DNA of 64,000 bases from Octopus bimaculoides (lineage: Eukaryota): NCBI RefSeq assembly GCF_001194135.2, contig NC_068981.1, positions 131,841,555 to 131,905,554 on the forward strand, in the 5' to 3' direction. This document shows, in pieces, positions 61,576-64,000 of this stretch. Each line of letters starts with the position of its first letter. Position 1 is the first letter of the stretch. The translations under genes were made by a program, and so were the position numbers. Below the pieces are notes generated by a model that made no database searches, was not told the origin of the DNA, and saw only the letters and a program-made list of their open reading frames with translations.

Positions 61576-62149
61576 TGAATACTGTATATAAAAGATAACT
61601 GTTCATCTAAGACATAGTTACCAAAATAGATGTGAGAATTTTTAATTTTTTTATTTCTTAAATTATCTTACACCCTTTTTTCTATGCATGTCATGTAAAA
61701 AGCACTTGGTACACTCAATAAAGTGGTTGTTGTTAAGAAGGGCATCCAGCTGTAGTAACCATGCCAGACAATAGAGCTTTGTGCAGTCTTCTGACTTGCC
61801 AGCTCCTGTCAAACTGTCTAACCCATACCAGCATGGAAAAGAGACATCAAATGATGATGATGTGTTAGCAGATTATTTTCTTTATCTAGGAAATTTGGAT
61901 ACTTCTGTATTTTCAGAACAACAGTATTAACAGCTAAGTGACTGCATCACTCATCAATGGAATAAGTGTGGAAACATTCAATTAACAGAAGTTAGTGACT
62001 GTGACAAGGATTGATATCATGACCTTGTGATTAGTAACTTGTTCTTCAACTTCATATCAGAAAGTGAATAGACAATAATGATTTCTTTTAAGTAGCCATG
62101 GTGCTAGTTTTGCACCATCAATTAAGTAGATTTTATTAGCAAACATCTA

Positions 62150-64000
62150 GCCCACCTTTATAGTATCAACAATGACATGTCACTATTTTGATCACAAAAT
62201 AGTGACGTGTAGGCTGCATATAGATAAGGTTCACAGACAGGGATCTGGTTACTGGAAGTTGAACAAGTCCCTATTAGATTGCGAAACTTACCGTAGCCAG
62301 ATTAAGGTGTTAGTAATGAGGGCACTAACTGGCTCTGTGATTAATAACCAGTGGTGGAGTGCCCTCAAAAGAGTCATTCGACTTGAGTCGATTAGATTTA
62401 GCAAGCAGTTAAGTCTAGAGCAGACTAGAGTAGAAAAGGAGTTAGTTAAGGCATTAGAAGAGGCGCTGAGGTTGGGCTCTGCACACCAAGTGTTGGCGGC
62501 AAGATTGGCCCTGGACCGACACCTCAATGCCATACATGAAGGATGCAGAGTCCGGGCTAAAATATGTGCACTGGGACGTGAGGGTATCAACGTTGCTGGG
62601 TAGGTTTGCTAGGAAGAAACCCGACATGGCGTGGAGGCCACGATAAGGTCTGTGGTAGACGAGCACCGACAGGAGATCCAAGGACAAGAAAAGATGTGTA
62701 AGGCCTTTCGTGAGCACTTTGCTACGTTGTTCAAGAGAATCGAAATGCTGGACCATGGGGATGCTCTCCGGCATTTACTGACCAGTGGCCGACGTCTTTC
62801 AGTGCTTGATGCTGAGCAGTGAAGGGCTGATCACAGCCGAGGAGATTATAGAGGTGCTTTCTGAGTGCCCCGGGGACAAGTCACTGGGATTGGATGGTCT
62901 ACCTTATGAATTTTATAAAAGTATGCCAGACTTGTTTTGTAACATACTGTCCAGTGTATACAGGAATTGGCAGCAGAATAGGAGAATTCCCAAATCTGTG
63001 AGCTGAGGAGGAGTGACACTGATCAGGAAGGACCCGATCAAGGGGGATAACATTAATAATTTTCGGCCCACAATTCTGCTAAACACAGAGTTAAATATTT
63101 TGGCCAAGAGAGTGAGGATTGTCATGGGTGACTTGGTAGAAGAGGCACAGACATGTGCCATCCCAAGAAGGACGATACATGACAACCTTCATCTTATTCG
63201 CTACACCATAGAGGGGGTTGGTAGAGTTCCTGGCAAAGGTGGAGCACTGGTGAATTTAGACCAGTCTAAGGCATTTGATAGGGTCGACCATTGGTATCTG
63301 GCGGCAGTCGGATTGGGCCCGACTTTCCAAAGCTGGATTGAAGTTATGTATTGCAATATCAAATCTATCATCCGGTTGAATGGATTCTTCTTGAACCTTT
63401 TTGCGATTGAGCGTTCGGTTCGCCAGGGCTGCCCCTTGTCCCCGCTGCTGTACGTATTGGCTCTTGAGCCACTGCTGCAGAGGTTGGGGACTATGGAGAC
63501 AGACCAGCATGATCTGTATTACGGTAGAAGTGTGATGGCATATGCGGATGATGTTACCATCATCATGTCTGATGTTACCATCATCATGTCTGATGTTACC
63601 ATCATCATGTCTGATGAAGGGCAGCTACCTCGTGTTGAAGATGCCATCAAAGGATACAAAGCAGTGGCAGGGGCAAAAATTAACCAGGAGAAATCAATCG
63701 GCTTGCAACTCGGTGCCTCCCAACATCGTCATTGGATGCTGGATGGAGGGCCCGGCTAAATTGCTCGGAATCTGGTTTGGACCAGATCTTCAGGTGGAGA
63801 AAAACTGGAGCGAGGTGGCGAGCAAGATGATGGCCATAACCCAGACCTGGTCTGGGAGGACGTTATCTTTTCTAGGAAGGGCCGAGGTTGCTCAGGTGTT
63901 TATAGCATCAGTGATAACCTACCGCCTAACCGTCGTGCCTTACCCCAGTTTGTGGCTGACCAAGTTGGGAACGGATCCTTTTCTGATTTTTGTGGAAAGG
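62150..64000 (+). mobile_element. L1/Tx1-like LINE ORF2 (end of endonuclease + RT), decayed, runs off the window
   Basis: DHKIV, GSGYWKLN, GLDGLPYEFYK, FRPTILLNTELNILAK, LDQSKAFDRVDH, VRQGCPLSPLLY, YADDVT; several stops and a frameshift. Confidence 0.92.

Overview
AT-rich, intron-rich animal genomic DNA with several N gaps. It is probably a coleoid cephalopod (Octopus-like), inferred from the repeat families and (TA)n/(GAT)n microsatellites. The long ORFs in the supplied track are mostly gap artefacts or transposon debris. Manual exon reconstruction (GT-AG junctions, consistent phases) gives three protein-coding genes. (1) The 3' part of a CENP-T-like histone-fold gene (+, 4 exons, 2279-12192; 5' end probably outside the window). 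(2) A complete mitochondrial ribosome-binding factor A gene, RBFA (-, 5 exons including a 25-nt microexon, 15446-29422, 322 aa). (3) A complete TCF25/Nulp1/Rqc1 gene (+, 16 exons, 29924-61038, 666 aa), head-to-head with RBFA across about 500 bp. Introns are filled with tRNA-derived SINEs, RTE-LINE 3' ends, mariner elements, TTAA-flanked MITEs, a solo LTR, a rearranged Penelope-like element and a decayed L1/Tx1-like LINE. The most unusual signals are two separate hammerhead-ribozyme-bearing repeat structures in TCF25 introns: a tandem 540-bp unit with an inverted copy, and an inverted pair. Also notable is a fold-back Tc1/mariner MITE that appears to have captured a LINE fragment and sits inside a Penelope GIY-YIG domain.
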